DNA from: Fibrobacteria bacterium | Lineage (GTDB): Bacteria > Fibrobacterota > Fibrobacteria > UBA11236 > JADFYW01 | Length of the DNA stretch: 64,000 bases | Assembly (NCBI GenBank): GCA_050294405.1 | Contig: JBNKOC010000024.1 | Location: 108,193-172,192, forward strand | Direction: 5' to 3' | In this document: piece by piece, positions 30,805 through 40,615 of the stretch | Position numbering within the stretch: position 1 is the stretch's first letter | Layout: every line of letters begins with the position of its first letter | Notes under the pieces: generated by a model | What the model was told of the DNA's origin: nothing | The model's input: only the letters and a program-made list of their open reading frames with translations | The model's database searches: none | Position numbers and translations under genes: made by a program

Positions 30805-31080
30805 TTTAATTTTATTCGTTGAATTTAATTTGAACTAATTAGCATAAATTATGCATCCGCTAATTTCAGCTGTGGCTTGAAATACATACAAAAACAGACA
30901 ATTTAAGTGATTTTAGGAATTTAGATAAATACCTGGCTAAGGAAATATGCTGTCCTATTTCATCTCCCTTTTGGGACCATGACAATACTTCAAGTAATAT
31001 TTATTTTATCGTTTAAACAATTTTTGGGCTGAGGGAAATTTCTGGGCATGGAGTTCCCTCAAAGTAATAAGGAGAGAAGT

Positions 31081-31770
31081 ATGGTGGCAAAATACTGTAT
31101 CACTTGTATTGCAATTTTAATTATGATGACGTTTATTCCAGGGCAAAATACTCCGGGAGTGAACCTATTTAACAACCCAGGCTTTGAATCGGGCACGGAT
31201 TGGTGGGGATTTGCAGATAGCTTGGGCGATAGTGGATCCGCCACAATTGATTTTTCCAGCTCAGAGGCCGCTCATTCAGGAAATAATGGTGCTAAAATAA
31301 TTGTTAGCGAGCGTTCTGTTGAAAATTGGCATATTCAACTACAAACACCTCCTAATTGGACTGCAGCCATCGGGTATACCTATAAATTAACATTTTGGGC
31401 AAGGGTAGATAGTTCTTCCAAATCTGTCCATGTAGCTATTCATGATGGCCCTCCGGATTACGAATACCAGGGCGGAACTGATTTTTACCTGGATACTGCC
31501 TGGCAACAATTTGAAACCCAACGGATGAGTGACGTTGAGGGGGAAGGAGCAATGCGATTTAATATCTATGTAGGATCTTATACAGGAGTTTATTACTTCG
31601 ACGATTTCGAAGTTATCGAAATGGAGCAAGTAAGCATTAAGCCAATTCAATTACCTAATAATGAGAAATATTTTTCTAACACACTATCGTCCCGGGACAT
31701 AATTGGCCGTTCTACTCATGCAAGGCCACTTATGAAAGGAGTTCGCATAAATTGGCCTGTCAGCCCTTGA
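31081..31770 (+). CDS. Stand-alone CBM4/9-type carbohydrate-binding protein
   Basis: NLFNNPGFESG, WHIQLQ, YKLTFWAR, YYFDDF; signal peptide; no catalytic domain; RBS AAGGAG. Confidence 0.78.
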   Translation: MVAKYCITCIAILIMMTFIPGQNTPGVNLFNNPGFESGTDWWGFADSLGDSGSATIDFSSSEAAHSGNNGAKIIVSERSVENWHIQLQTPPNWTAAIGYTYKLTFWARVDSSSKSVHVAIHDGPPDYEYQGGTDFYLDTAWQQFETQRMSDVEGEGAMRFNIYVGSYTGVYYFDDFEVIEMEQVSIKPIQLPNNEKYFSNTLSSRDIIGRSTHARPLMKGVRINWPVSP

Positions 31771-31867
31771 TATTCAAAACTATGACCACAGGAATTATGT
31801 AAAAATGGGGCTATAAGAGGTTATATTTTGTGTCCTGTAATAACCATTCAACCCAAGAGGAATCCTA

Positions 31868-32848
31868 ATGGCCAGAATTTTTGAAGACAACACGCAAAGC
31901 ATTGGCAATACACCCTTGGTAAAACTCAAAATGGGTACCCAAGCAAATATTTACGCCAAAATTGAAAGTCGCAATCCCGCGAACTCAGTCAAATGCCGAA
32001 TCGGAGCCAATATGATTTGGGCCGCCGAAAAGAACGGAACTTTAAAAGAAGGTATGGAACTTGTAGAGCCAACCAGTGGTAACACGGGCATAGCTCTAGC
32101 TTTTGTGGCAGCAGCTAAAGGTTACAAATTGACACTTACTATGCCCCACACCATGAGTCTAGAAAGACGACAATTAATGAAGGCTCTTGGAGCCAATATT
32201 GTTTTAACAGATGGCGCCTTGGGAATGAAGGGAGCCCTTGCAAAAGCAGAAGAAATTGTGGCGGCCAATCCCGAAAAATGTTTACTGCTCAACCAATTTC
32301 AAAATCCTGCTAATCCCGAAATCCATGAAAAAACTACCGGACCTGAAATTTGGAGGGACACTGACGGTGAAATTGATGTTTTAGTAAGTGGCGTTGGAAC
32401 CGGCGGAACAATTTCCGGTATTTCTCGCTACATCAAACTGCAACAGGGAAAAAAGATTACCTCCATAGCGGTTGAGCCAATATCTTCACCCCAGATAAAA
32501 AGCGCTAAGGAAGGATTAACGCCCAGCCACGGTCCACATAAGATACAAGGCATCGGCGCAGGCTTTGTTCCAGACAATCTGGATTTGGAAATGGTGGATG
32601 AAACAATTCAAATAAGTGATGAAGAAGCCATGGAATTTGCCCATAAGCTTATGAAGGAAGAAGGTATACTGGCAGGTATTTCCAGTGGGGCGGCCGCAGC
32701 AGCAGCTTACGGTATTTCCCAGAAAGAAGCATATAAAGGCAAATCCATTGTAGTCATTTTACCGGATTCAGGTGAACGCTATTTATCCACTGCTTTGTTT
32801 GCTGGAGCTTTTACTGAAAACGAAACGGTACAAGCAATTCAGGCATAA
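31868..32848 (+). CDS. cysK: Cysteine synthase A
   Basis: [16 protein letters not shown] (PLP Lys), [32 protein letters not shown]. Confidence 0.97.
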   Translation: MARIFEDNTQSIGNTPLVKLKMGTQANIYAKIESRNPANSVKCRIGANMIWAAEKNGTLKEGMELVEPTSGNTGIALAFVAAAKGYKLTLTMPHTMSLERRQLMKALGANIVLTDGALGMKGALAKAEEIVAANPEKCLLLNQFQNPANPEIHEKTTGPEIWRDTDGEIDVLVSGVGTGGTISGISRYIKLQQGKKITSIAVEPISSPQIKSAKEGLTPSHGPHKIQGIGAGFVPDNLDLEMVDETIQISDEEAMEFAHKLMKEEGILAGISSGAAAAAAYGISQKEAYKGKSIVVILPDSGERYLSTALFAGAFTENETVQAIQA

Positions 32849-32929
32849 TTAAAAGCGCCCCTGTTGGTGTTTTGCTATTCCCAATGGGGGACATTTTATA
32901 AACTGCTGTGTTTGTATTAAAACATGTAA

Positions 32930-34645
32930 CTAATCTATCCCCTGAATCATCAAAAACTGGTTGCCATTGTATTTTAAAATTGGCAATTGTTTTCCCTGCA
33001 AATTAAAAAGCCTTATGCCGGGGGGATAATTTAATTTATTATTTCGAAAATCACTTCCTGGAAATACAAACATCCTCTTGAAGCCTGTTCCCCTTTGCAT
33101 TTGAATGGTATGCTTAAAGGAAATTCCCGCGACTCCATCCACAGAAGGCATCGGTTGCGGAGTAATGGTAGGTCCAAACGTTTCCAGTACATCAAAGCCT
33201 GTGATTTGTTTGACAAATTGCAAACGGTCGACAGCCAGTTGACGAGGGTCTACCTGGGTTAAAGAGTTATGGGTATGGTACACCAAAAACATTTCAGTGC
33301 TATCGGGGGACCAGGTAACGCAATGATGTCCTGCACCGTGTACCAGGGTGTTGGATTGTAGGATAGGGTTATATTCATATTTAGTCCAGGGCCCCAACGG
33401 GCTATCTGAGGTGGCATAACCCACTCCATAGGCCGGGCTTTCAAAATGGTTGGCGGAATATGTCATGTAATAGATACCATTATGTTTTAAGACAAATGGA
33501 CCCTCGTTTACCGTTCCCTGATCTCTTTCCCACTCCTGGCTTACACCGAATTGATGGGTAAGCGTGGACTCTTTAATGGTTAGCATGTCATCGTTGAGTT
33601 CTGCTCCCCAAATCTCATTGCCAGCAGTAAAGCGTACAAAGTACAAGTAGTTTTTACCATCATCGTCGGCAAAAAAGTGCGCGTCTATCTCCTTAATATC
33701 AGTATGCATGGGCTCCTGCGGCGCCTGGGTAAATGGCCCCAACGGATTGTCGGCAGTAGCCACTGCCAGATGTTCATCCACCGCGTAATACATGAAAAAA
33801 GTGCCACTTCGGTAAACAACCTCCGGGGCCCAAAACCAGCGGTCACCCCAGGAGTCGTCTTTATGCAACGCAAGCGTGGATTCACGGGTCCAATTGACCA
33901 GGTCGGTAGATGTGTATACCACAATGCCATTAGCGCTGCTTGTGCAATATAAATAATAAATGCCTTCATGTAGAAGGACGCCAGGGTCGGCCCCTGCTGC
34001 CAGTTGATTGCTGTAGGTGGGCCCGGTTTCTGATGTATAGGAAGATACTTTGAAATTGGCGAACTGGGCTTCTGTATTAAAAATACGCATCCCAACGGAA
34101 CCCTCTCCATGTTCCACATCAAGAACATCGAATTTTGGGAACACTTCTTGAGTTCTGATTAGAAAATCATTTACCCAAAAGCGAATATGGGATCCGGCCA
34201 CGATGGCTTTAAGGTGGTATAGTGAATCCGTAAAAATGGGAATGTTTTTCTGAGCAATCAAAGTCCAGTTGTTATTCATTTTTCCGATTACCGCCCTTTG
34301 ATTGGCGGTGTTAATGCCAGCAAAATACCCACTAAATGAATCAACACCGGTGGCTGGATTAGTTACCCGAAATATCAGCCCTGCCTCACCTTCGCTCAAA
34401 AGGCGCACGTCCACTTCTAATGAAAAATCCATAAAAGTCTGATCTTTAGCCACAACCTTAGAGCCATCTTCTCCGTCAGCACTTAGGACTCCATCTACCA
34501 CGGTCCAATTACCGCCATATACATCCCAATTGTCCAGGCCTGAAGAAAAATTATCGCTAAAACGTTCCTGGGCTGGGGTTGTCAGAGAAAGGCCCATAAA
34601 AGCCCCAATAGCCCATCGAATAATAAGAAAGTACCCTAATTTCAT
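32930..34645 (-). CDS. DUF1080-like domain fused to GH43 glycoside hydrolase
   Basis: ADP, WAPE, IDAH, NEGP, GHH five-bladed-propeller motifs; N-terminal DNF...W...GNW lectin-like domain; C-terminal LFNLQGKQ. Confidence 0.88.
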   Translation of the reverse strand: MKLGYFLIIRWAIGAFMGLSLTTPAQERFSDNFSSGLDNWDVYGGNWTVVDGVLSADGEDGSKVVAKDQTFMDFSLEVDVRLLSEGEAGLIFRVTNPATGVDSFSGYFAGINTANQRAVIGKMNNNWTLIAQKNIPIFTDSLYHLKAIVAGSHIRFWVNDFLIRTQEVFPKFDVLDVEHGEGSVGMRIFNTEAQFANFKVSSYTSETGPTYSNQLAAGADPGVLLHEGIYYLYCTSSANGIVVYTSTDLVNWTRESTLALHKDDSWGDRWFWAPEVVYRSGTFFMYYAVDEHLAVATADNPLGPFTQAPQEPMHTDIKEIDAHFFADDDGKNYLYFVRFTAGNEIWGAELNDDMLTIKESTLTHQFGVSQEWERDQGTVNEGPFVLKHNGIYYMTYSANHFESPAYGVGYATSDSPLGPWTKYEYNPILQSNTLVHGAGHHCVTWSPDSTEMFLVYHTHNSLTQVDPRQLAVDRLQFVKQITGFDVLETFGPTITPQPMPSVDGVAGISFKHTIQMQRGTGFKRMFVFPGSDFRNNKLNYPPGIRLFNLQGKQLPILKYNGNQFLMIQGID

Positions 34646-34732
34646 TTACCGCCCCAGATTATATTTTAATTTAATCTGCTAACGGTATCATGGAAAAAAA
34701 AGCTGAAATAAATAACGGTTCAAAATTCGACC

Positions 34733-35935
34733 TTAACCGCAGCCGCCCTGGGCAACTTTAGCACCAAACTCTAATTTTACTTTTTTTGGATAATCCAGGT
34801 TTTCTATCCAATGGGCATCTGGTACCGAGAGAGGGTGGATTGAGCCCAAATATCCGTTCCAACCAGAAATAGGCTCCACAGGAGTTTGCATGAGATGCTG
34901 AAAAACTTTGGCCCAATTTTCCATCCCCCCTTTGAGAATATAAACGTTATTAATATCATAGGCTTTCATCTTTTTCCAAAGGGCTTCCGCCTCTAAGCCA
35001 TTTTCAGAAATTAATATATGCACTACATTGGCATCCAAATAACGCATAGCCACAAGCTCTGTTTCAGTCATTAATTCTGAATCTAAATGTTTCACATCTT
35101 GTAAATGGAATTTATTGTAATCGGATTCATTACGAATATCTAACAGATTCAATTTTATCCGGGTATCAAACCAAATTTCTACTAATTCTCCTGGATGTAT
35201 TGCATGTCCATTTTCCTGGAAAACCTTATTTACATCCGGTTTTACAGTTTTCCATCTTTCCAAAGGAGTAGGTTGTCCCAAAAAAATGGTTGCTGAAGCA
35301 GCTAAGAGTAAGATAGCTACTCCCCACAAGGGCAAACGGGCTTCATGTTCGCCGCCAAACCTGCTTTCCAGCCATTCTGCTCCCTTGAAAAAGGATATCG
35401 CCAATAATACCACCAGAAAAACGGTCCACCCCACAGAAATATTCAACCAATCCGGCAATATAAAACGCTGCGATACATCGCTGGACCACCAATTTACAAA
35501 GCTAGCGTCCACTGTGTTTCCAAATATGGCTACCCCTGCAAGACCGCCCAGTACAAAAAAGAGGCCATCTATTTTAAGGGTGGCCATGGACACCAGAGAT
35601 GTTCCTGGACAATAACCGCCAATTACAAACCCTATACCCATTACAATCCCCCCGACCACGCCAGGTAGCAAATAGGTCGGGTTTACCCAAAGATGAGTGT
35701 AGTCCACAAGCCCTAATCCAGAGGCCAAAAATATCAATAAGCAGGCGGTAATAATAGCCATAAACATAACCTTTAGCACAGTCATTTTATTGAGATAAAA
35801 TTGGGCGGCCAATACTCTGGAATCTCCAAAACCCGATTGTTCCAGCACCGCCCCGAACAAAATTCCCAATATTAAATGCACCGCAAACAAGCCGGGGGTT
35901 CCACCTAAATTTTCAAGAACTGATAATGGTGCCAT
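34733..35935 (-). CDS. YeeE/YedE thiosulfate-transporter-family protein fused to a rhodanese-like domain, C-terminal GGCG
   Basis: LFGAVLEQSGFG, GGYCPGTS; LLDIRNESDYNKFHL...VYILKGGMENW. Confidence 0.88.
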   Translation of the reverse strand: MAPLSVLENLGGTPGLFAVHLILGILFGAVLEQSGFGDSRVLAAQFYLNKMTVLKVMFMAIITACLLIFLASGLGLVDYTHLWVNPTYLLPGVVGGIVMGIGFVIGGYCPGTSLVSMATLKIDGLFFVLGGLAGVAIFGNTVDASFVNWWSSDVSQRFILPDWLNISVGWTVFLVVLLAISFFKGAEWLESRFGGEHEARLPLWGVAILLLAASATIFLGQPTPLERWKTVKPDVNKVFQENGHAIHPGELVEIWFDTRIKLNLLDIRNESDYNKFHLQDVKHLDSELMTETELVAMRYLDANVVHILISENGLEAEALWKKMKAYDINNVYILKGGMENWAKVFQHLMQTPVEPISGWNGYLGSIHPLSVPDAHWIENLDYPKKVKLEFGAKVAQGGCG

Positions 35936-35944
35936 TGTTCCTCC

Positions 35945-36457
35945 TTAGGTCCATGCCTTTCGCATAAACCACGCGAACGCATACGCGCCCGCAAACATTG
36001 AAAACATAAAGGCCCAACTGCCAACTGAAAGCACAGCTCCCCCAGAAAGAGCTTGCCCTGAGGTACATCCCCTGGCCAATCGCGCTCCGTACCCCATAAT
36101 TAACCCTCCGGCAAAGGCGAGCACCCAGCGCAATTTATTGTCAATGCGCGGTCCTTTACAGGTCTGTTTTTTGACTCTCCCTGAAAGTAGCCCCGATATA
36201 AAACCCCCGGCGATGACACCCACAAACAAGGGCAATAACCAGTGGTTGAAGGGATTTTTGTCTCCACCTGCCATCCCCAATAGGTAAGGAGTTTGATTAA
36301 CATGCCCGGGTGCTAAAACATCTTCCACTCCAACTGCGATGCGACTCAGAGCGCCGGATGCTCCCAGGCCGTTTCCAGTTAGAAAAAAACTGGCAAATAA
36401 AACTATACCCAGCAGCACCCCTCCCAAATAAGGATTTATGAATTTTCGCTTTTTCAT
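35945..36457 (-). CDS. YeeE/YedE thiosulfate-transporter-family protein
   Basis: NPYLGG, GLGASG, GARLARGCTSGQALSG. Confidence 0.9.
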   Translation of the reverse strand: MKKRKFINPYLGGVLLGIVLFASFFLTGNGLGASGALSRIAVGVEDVLAPGHVNQTPYLLGMAGGDKNPFNHWLLPLFVGVIAGGFISGLLSGRVKKQTCKGPRIDNKLRWVLAFAGGLIMGYGARLARGCTSGQALSGGAVLSVGSWAFMFSMFAGAYAFAWFMRKAWT

Positions 36458-36473
36458 ATTACATTACTCCCGC

Positions 36474-38693
36474 TTACTCCCAGCCAGTTACCATACCTTT
36501 GATATAATGAGTAGGACGTTTCCCTGTGGTCGAAAGATACACATGCATAATCACAAAGGATACCATTAACCAGGAACAGGCGCTGTGGATGACAGCGACC
36601 GTTTTAAGCCCCCCGGCCCACAGAACCAGCCATTCCAATGCATTGGGAAACATCATCATAGCCCCTGTCACCACGAGAAGGGGTAGTAAAATATTCAGCA
36701 AACCCAAATAGGTTAATTGCTGCAAGGGATTTAATTTTTTTCCGGGATGTTTATGAAAGGGATGGGCTTTCCCGCTAAATATTCCCTCCACATAGTAAGC
36801 CGCCTGAAGGATGGCATCCGAAATAAACCCTTGGGGCTTAGGCAAATATTGCCGAATGTCTCCGCTAGCCACATGATAAAATAAAGCCAAAAAGGCATTA
36901 ATGGCAAGTATAATTCCCATAACATGGTGCAAGCTGTTGGCTTTATCAAACCCCAATATTCCAAATGTTCCAGGAAGATGTATTTCCAGCCCGGACCAAA
37001 AAAGCAGTAGAACGGTCATGGACTGCATCCAATGCCAGAAGCGTTCATAAGTAGTGTAAAGGTATTTTTTTCCTGCAACTTCAGTTCCGGGCTGAATTCT
37101 ATTTTTAGCTGTTACCACTCTGAAAAATCCGTGTGTTAATACCCCCATAATAACTAGCAGCATTAATATAAGGCCCGCCCAATCCACCAGGGGCAACCGG
37201 TCTTTGCCAAATACATATAATTTGTCCACAGAATTCTTCTGTTTTAAAATCAGATGGTTCCCCTTGGAAGGATGATTCATTATTTCAGATTCCCACAACA
37301 CCCCCGCAGCCTGTTTTAACTCCACACTGCCCAGTTCATGTTCCCCTAAATCGAACTCTTGGCGCAAAATGCCGTTCTTACTATGGCAAGCCTTGCATTC
37401 CCTTATAGCCTTCTTCCCCTCCACTGCATTGTGGCTGATGGGATAGGGAACCAGTTCTTTCGCCATTTTTACATTTGCATAGCCCATTTTTTTTAGGGCT
37501 TTTAATACCAAATCCCTGTTTGCCTCACTCCCCTCAATTTGGGACATGGCCTTTTGTACCACGTCCTTTTCAATAGGAGTATTGCCATCCTTCCAAAATG
37601 TATGTGTCACTATGTTAAAGGGGAAATAAGCGCTTCCATAATTTTTTCGCTTATCGGGATAATCTGTTATTTCCCTACGCAACAGCAACGGACTAAAAGG
37701 AGTAATTAAGCCGGTGGAATCCACATTTCGATAACTGACCAGGGGCTCAGCGTCCTCATTTAAAAGGGTAACATCCATTGATTTGATTACTGGAGAATAA
37801 ATTTTTGGAATGTGACAAGCTTGACAGGAAACTTTTTCAAAATGTTTTTGGCTGAGACCATCCCAATAATTAGTGTGGTTCGATTCATGGCAATTGCTAC
37901 AATCCAGGGCTTTCGCAGCCGGTTTGTCAGTTATATATATTCCAGCTGAAGCTAATCTGTGATCCGGGCGATAGAGATAATCGGAAATGGCCCCCCGACG
38001 AGCGTCAAACTTTAATTTTGCAGGGCTATCTTTTTTTATCTGGGAAAAGCTGGGATTGTTAGGTGAACCATGGCAATCACTGCAATGCATTCCCCTTTTA
38101 GCATGAACATCCCAGGAATTATTCAATTTATTTTTACTGCTTATGTTAAGAGAGGATTTGCTAATTTTTTGATTTGAAAAAAGCCGGCCTGTTAGCCAAA
38201 GAGCGGCTTCTTTGGATTGAAACTCAGGCAGCCCAACAGGGCCTTTATTGTTAGGGATGCCGGAATGACATTGCCCGCAGTTTTGACTTACCGGCTTTGT
38301 TAGTGCATACCAGGGTACCCCTTCTTTATCCTTATAATGACTTGCTTCAGGATTCCAGCTATAACTGTCGCCGGCCTTTACTATTAGGTTTGTAGTATTT
38401 AATGAGGCTTGTATAGTTTCCGATTCTAAATCCAGGGGGCCGCTGCCATGGCAAGCAAGGCAATTTTGTTCCTGGTTGGTGGCAGGCTCCCCGATTTCGC
38501 CCCTATGGCTGTTGTGTTTTTCAATGTAATCCACATCGTGACATGTTCCGCATGTTTGTTTGAGAGAAAGGCTGCCTCCCTTTTTTGCTAAGGAATGACC
38601 ATCCAAATTTTTCCATAAAAAATCAGGATGCATATCCGAGGCTGCAAATAAAAATCCGGAAAACCCAAGTATCATAAGCAGCCACTTTTTCAT
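36474..38693 (-). CDS. Multiheme (7 CxxCH) cytochrome c fused to a membrane cytochrome b domain
   Basis: CGTCH, CLACH, CGQCH, CSDCH, CSNCH, CQACH, CKACH; C-terminal YERFWHW, LHH, KLNPLQQLTY, IH, IMHVY...MVTGWE (HyaC/FdnI-type cytochrome b). Confidence 0.9.
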   Translation of the reverse strand: MKKWLLMILGFSGFLFAASDMHPDFLWKNLDGHSLAKKGGSLSLKQTCGTCHDVDYIEKHNSHRGEIGEPATNQEQNCLACHGSGPLDLESETIQASLNTTNLIVKAGDSYSWNPEASHYKDKEGVPWYALTKPVSQNCGQCHSGIPNNKGPVGLPEFQSKEAALWLTGRLFSNQKISKSSLNISSKNKLNNSWDVHAKRGMHCSDCHGSPNNPSFSQIKKDSPAKLKFDARRGAISDYLYRPDHRLASAGIYITDKPAAKALDCSNCHESNHTNYWDGLSQKHFEKVSCQACHIPKIYSPVIKSMDVTLLNEDAEPLVSYRNVDSTGLITPFSPLLLRREITDYPDKRKNYGSAYFPFNIVTHTFWKDGNTPIEKDVVQKAMSQIEGSEANRDLVLKALKKMGYANVKMAKELVPYPISHNAVEGKKAIRECKACHSKNGILRQEFDLGEHELGSVELKQAAGVLWESEIMNHPSKGNHLILKQKNSVDKLYVFGKDRLPLVDWAGLILMLLVIMGVLTHGFFRVVTAKNRIQPGTEVAGKKYLYTTYERFWHWMQSMTVLLLFWSGLEIHLPGTFGILGFDKANSLHHVMGIILAINAFLALFYHVASGDIRQYLPKPQGFISDAILQAAYYVEGIFSGKAHPFHKHPGKKLNPLQQLTYLGLLNILLPLLVVTGAMMMFPNALEWLVLWAGGLKTVAVIHSACSWLMVSFVIMHVYLSTTGKRPTHYIKGMVTGWE

Positions 38694-40132
38694 TCGAAAC
38701 TCCGGCTATTATGAGCGCGCATGGGGTCTCTACCATAACCCAGCGCACTCCAATTCATCCTGCCGTTTTCACCATGGCAATCCATACATTGCAGGGCTTC
38801 CCCTTTTTCTGAAACCATATGGCTTAAAGGCCAATACATAAGTGTCCTGGCCCATCCGTATTCTCCGCTATACCCCAATCCCGATATTTCACCTCCAAGC
38901 CGGGCCGCTTCGTCCCAATCAAAATTTTTCCAATAGGCTCCCACAGTTTTAGGCTGGATTAACCAATTATGTTGCTTATCATATATTTGTTTTCCACGGT
39001 GAACCTTAAAGGGCCAAATCTTCGCATTTGCATCGGCAATGTTGCCAAGGGGTTCATTTATATTGGTCACACTGTCGGGATTGATAGTATCGCCCTTAAG
39101 GTATTTTTTACTAAAACCGTTATACCAGTAATATTCAGGCTGTAGATTTTTTTCATATTTAAACTCCCCTTTGATTCGCAAGTAATGGTGTTTTTCGTCC
39201 TTCCGGGTGCTATCCCCTGCCTTAGACCAGTCCCAATGGGTTTTGGTGGCATGTTTTTTAGCTACCTGGGGGATGTGGCAAGCCTGGCAAGAAACCGCCT
39301 CCAGATGGCTGTTTAGCCTCTTATCCTGATGAAAATCACCTACGTGACAGTTAGTGCAGCCTATTTGATTGGTTGTGTCCACATGAACCGACATGGAGCG
39401 TCCCATTACATCATGATGTGGCGCCCTGTGACAGTTTATGCATTCCATATTGTTTTTACCCATATGTATATCAAGACTGGTTGATGGATTGTACAGGCTT
39501 TCATCCAGGTCGCCGTGTTTTACAGCATCACCTCCCCCACCTCGAAAATGGCAAGACCCGCAATTTACCCGGCTTGGATAATTCACGCTTTTAGCCACTT
39601 TAAGTAAATCGACTCCTTCGGCTGGCTGTCCTGCTTCGCCTTTGGCGTAGGAGCCCGAACCGTCATGGCAGCTGAGGCAATCCACATTTTCTTCAGCTTC
39701 AAAATCAAATTTTTGGTCCTTCCAACCATAGCCTATATGGCAGCTGGTGCATTTCGGCCAATTGCCACCAATACCAATACAAAAATTATTAAAGCCGTTT
39801 TTCTTACCAAGCCTAATGGGATCCTTGCGCCAGGGAACTTCAAGGGGTTTGCTTTCCCAGGTCCAGTGGGCGGTTTTCATTACATCCCGAGCCGCATTTT
39901 CATGACATTCCAAACATGCTCGGGTAACCGAAGGGCCATCTTCAAATGGACCTTGGATCAAATCAGAATGATTCACATGAGGCCGCCTTTCCGGCAACAT
40001 GGAAAAGGCATCCGTTTTCTTATGTAAATTACGGGAGGCCGCGCTCTTAAGGGAAATTATTGTGGCTAACACAATCACAATTATGGACAACAGTGCAAGA
40101 AATATCCATAAATTTTGTTTAACCTTTTTCAC
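38690..40132 (-). CDS. otr: Octaheme tetrathionate reductase (OTR)-family cytochrome c
   Basis: Eight CxxCH motifs (CLECH, CTSCH, CLSCH, CGSCH, CINCH, CTNCH, CQACH, CMDCH); HWTW, GKKNGFNNFC, GGGDAVKHGDLD, WDWSKAG, IWPFKVH; N-terminal TM anchor. Confidence 0.92.
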   Translation of the reverse strand: MKKVKQNLWIFLALLSIIVIVLATIISLKSAASRNLHKKTDAFSMLPERRPHVNHSDLIQGPFEDGPSVTRACLECHENAARDVMKTAHWTWESKPLEVPWRKDPIRLGKKNGFNNFCIGIGGNWPKCTSCHIGYGWKDQKFDFEAEENVDCLSCHDGSGSYAKGEAGQPAEGVDLLKVAKSVNYPSRVNCGSCHFRGGGGDAVKHGDLDESLYNPSTSLDIHMGKNNMECINCHRAPHHDVMGRSMSVHVDTTNQIGCTNCHVGDFHQDKRLNSHLEAVSCQACHIPQVAKKHATKTHWDWSKAGDSTRKDEKHHYLRIKGEFKYEKNLQPEYYWYNGFSKKYLKGDTINPDSVTNINEPLGNIADANAKIWPFKVHRGKQIYDKQHNWLIQPKTVGAYWKNFDWDEAARLGGEISGLGYSGEYGWARTLMYWPLSHMVSEKGEALQCMDCHGENGRMNWSALGYGRDPMRAHNSRSFE

Positions 40133-40166
40133 AAATTCCCTCTTGTTAATTAATAATTACGCACTC

Positions 40167-40484
40167 CTATAAAAGCTTGGATTTAGACTTTATAAAATTG
40201 GTAGCTAGATCATTCATATTGCGGCACACAGTAGTTAATTTGGCATCCGCGAGCTTATAAAACACCTGAACACCCTCTTTGCGGGAAGAAATCAGGCCCA
40301 CAGATTTTAGTATGGACATATGCTGAGATAAATTTGCTTTAGGCAGTTTCAATATTTTGATTAGCTGGGCCGTGCTCCTTTCTTCCATACACAACAGGCG
40401 AATTATTTTAATACGCTTGGAATGGCTGAACGCCTTAAACATCTCCATTTCAATTTCTATAACAGCTTCTTCTTTCTTATTCAT
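40167..40484 (-). CDS. ArsR/SmtB family repressor with two Cys
   Basis: FKAFSHSKRIKII, ANLSQHMSILKSVGLI..RKEG..VFY. Confidence 0.92.
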   Translation of the reverse strand: MNKKEEAVIEIEMEMFKAFSHSKRIKIIRLLCMEERSTAQLIKILKLPKANLSQHMSILKSVGLISSRKEGVQVFYKLADAKLTTVCRNMNDLATNFIKSKSKLL

Positions 40485-40615
40485 AAACTTTTTCCATCTT
40501 CTTATATTTCACTGTTTCGAAACTCCTTAACTATATTATAATTGAAAATACACTGTTTTTACTCAACTAATCTCTGCCAGATTGTCACAACCTGGGCATA
40601 GCTAATTAGGAAAAA

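Noticed and set aside
31030..31061. Fluoride riboswitch-like start (GGCATGGAGTTCCC)
   Set aside because: Lacks the downstream conserved AACC and CTGATG elements; only a TGAGGGAA/TTCCCTCA hairpin, and the downstream gene is unrelated
33685..34128. 147-aa alternative-frame ORF
   Set aside because: Nested in the GH43 gene; no recognisable motif
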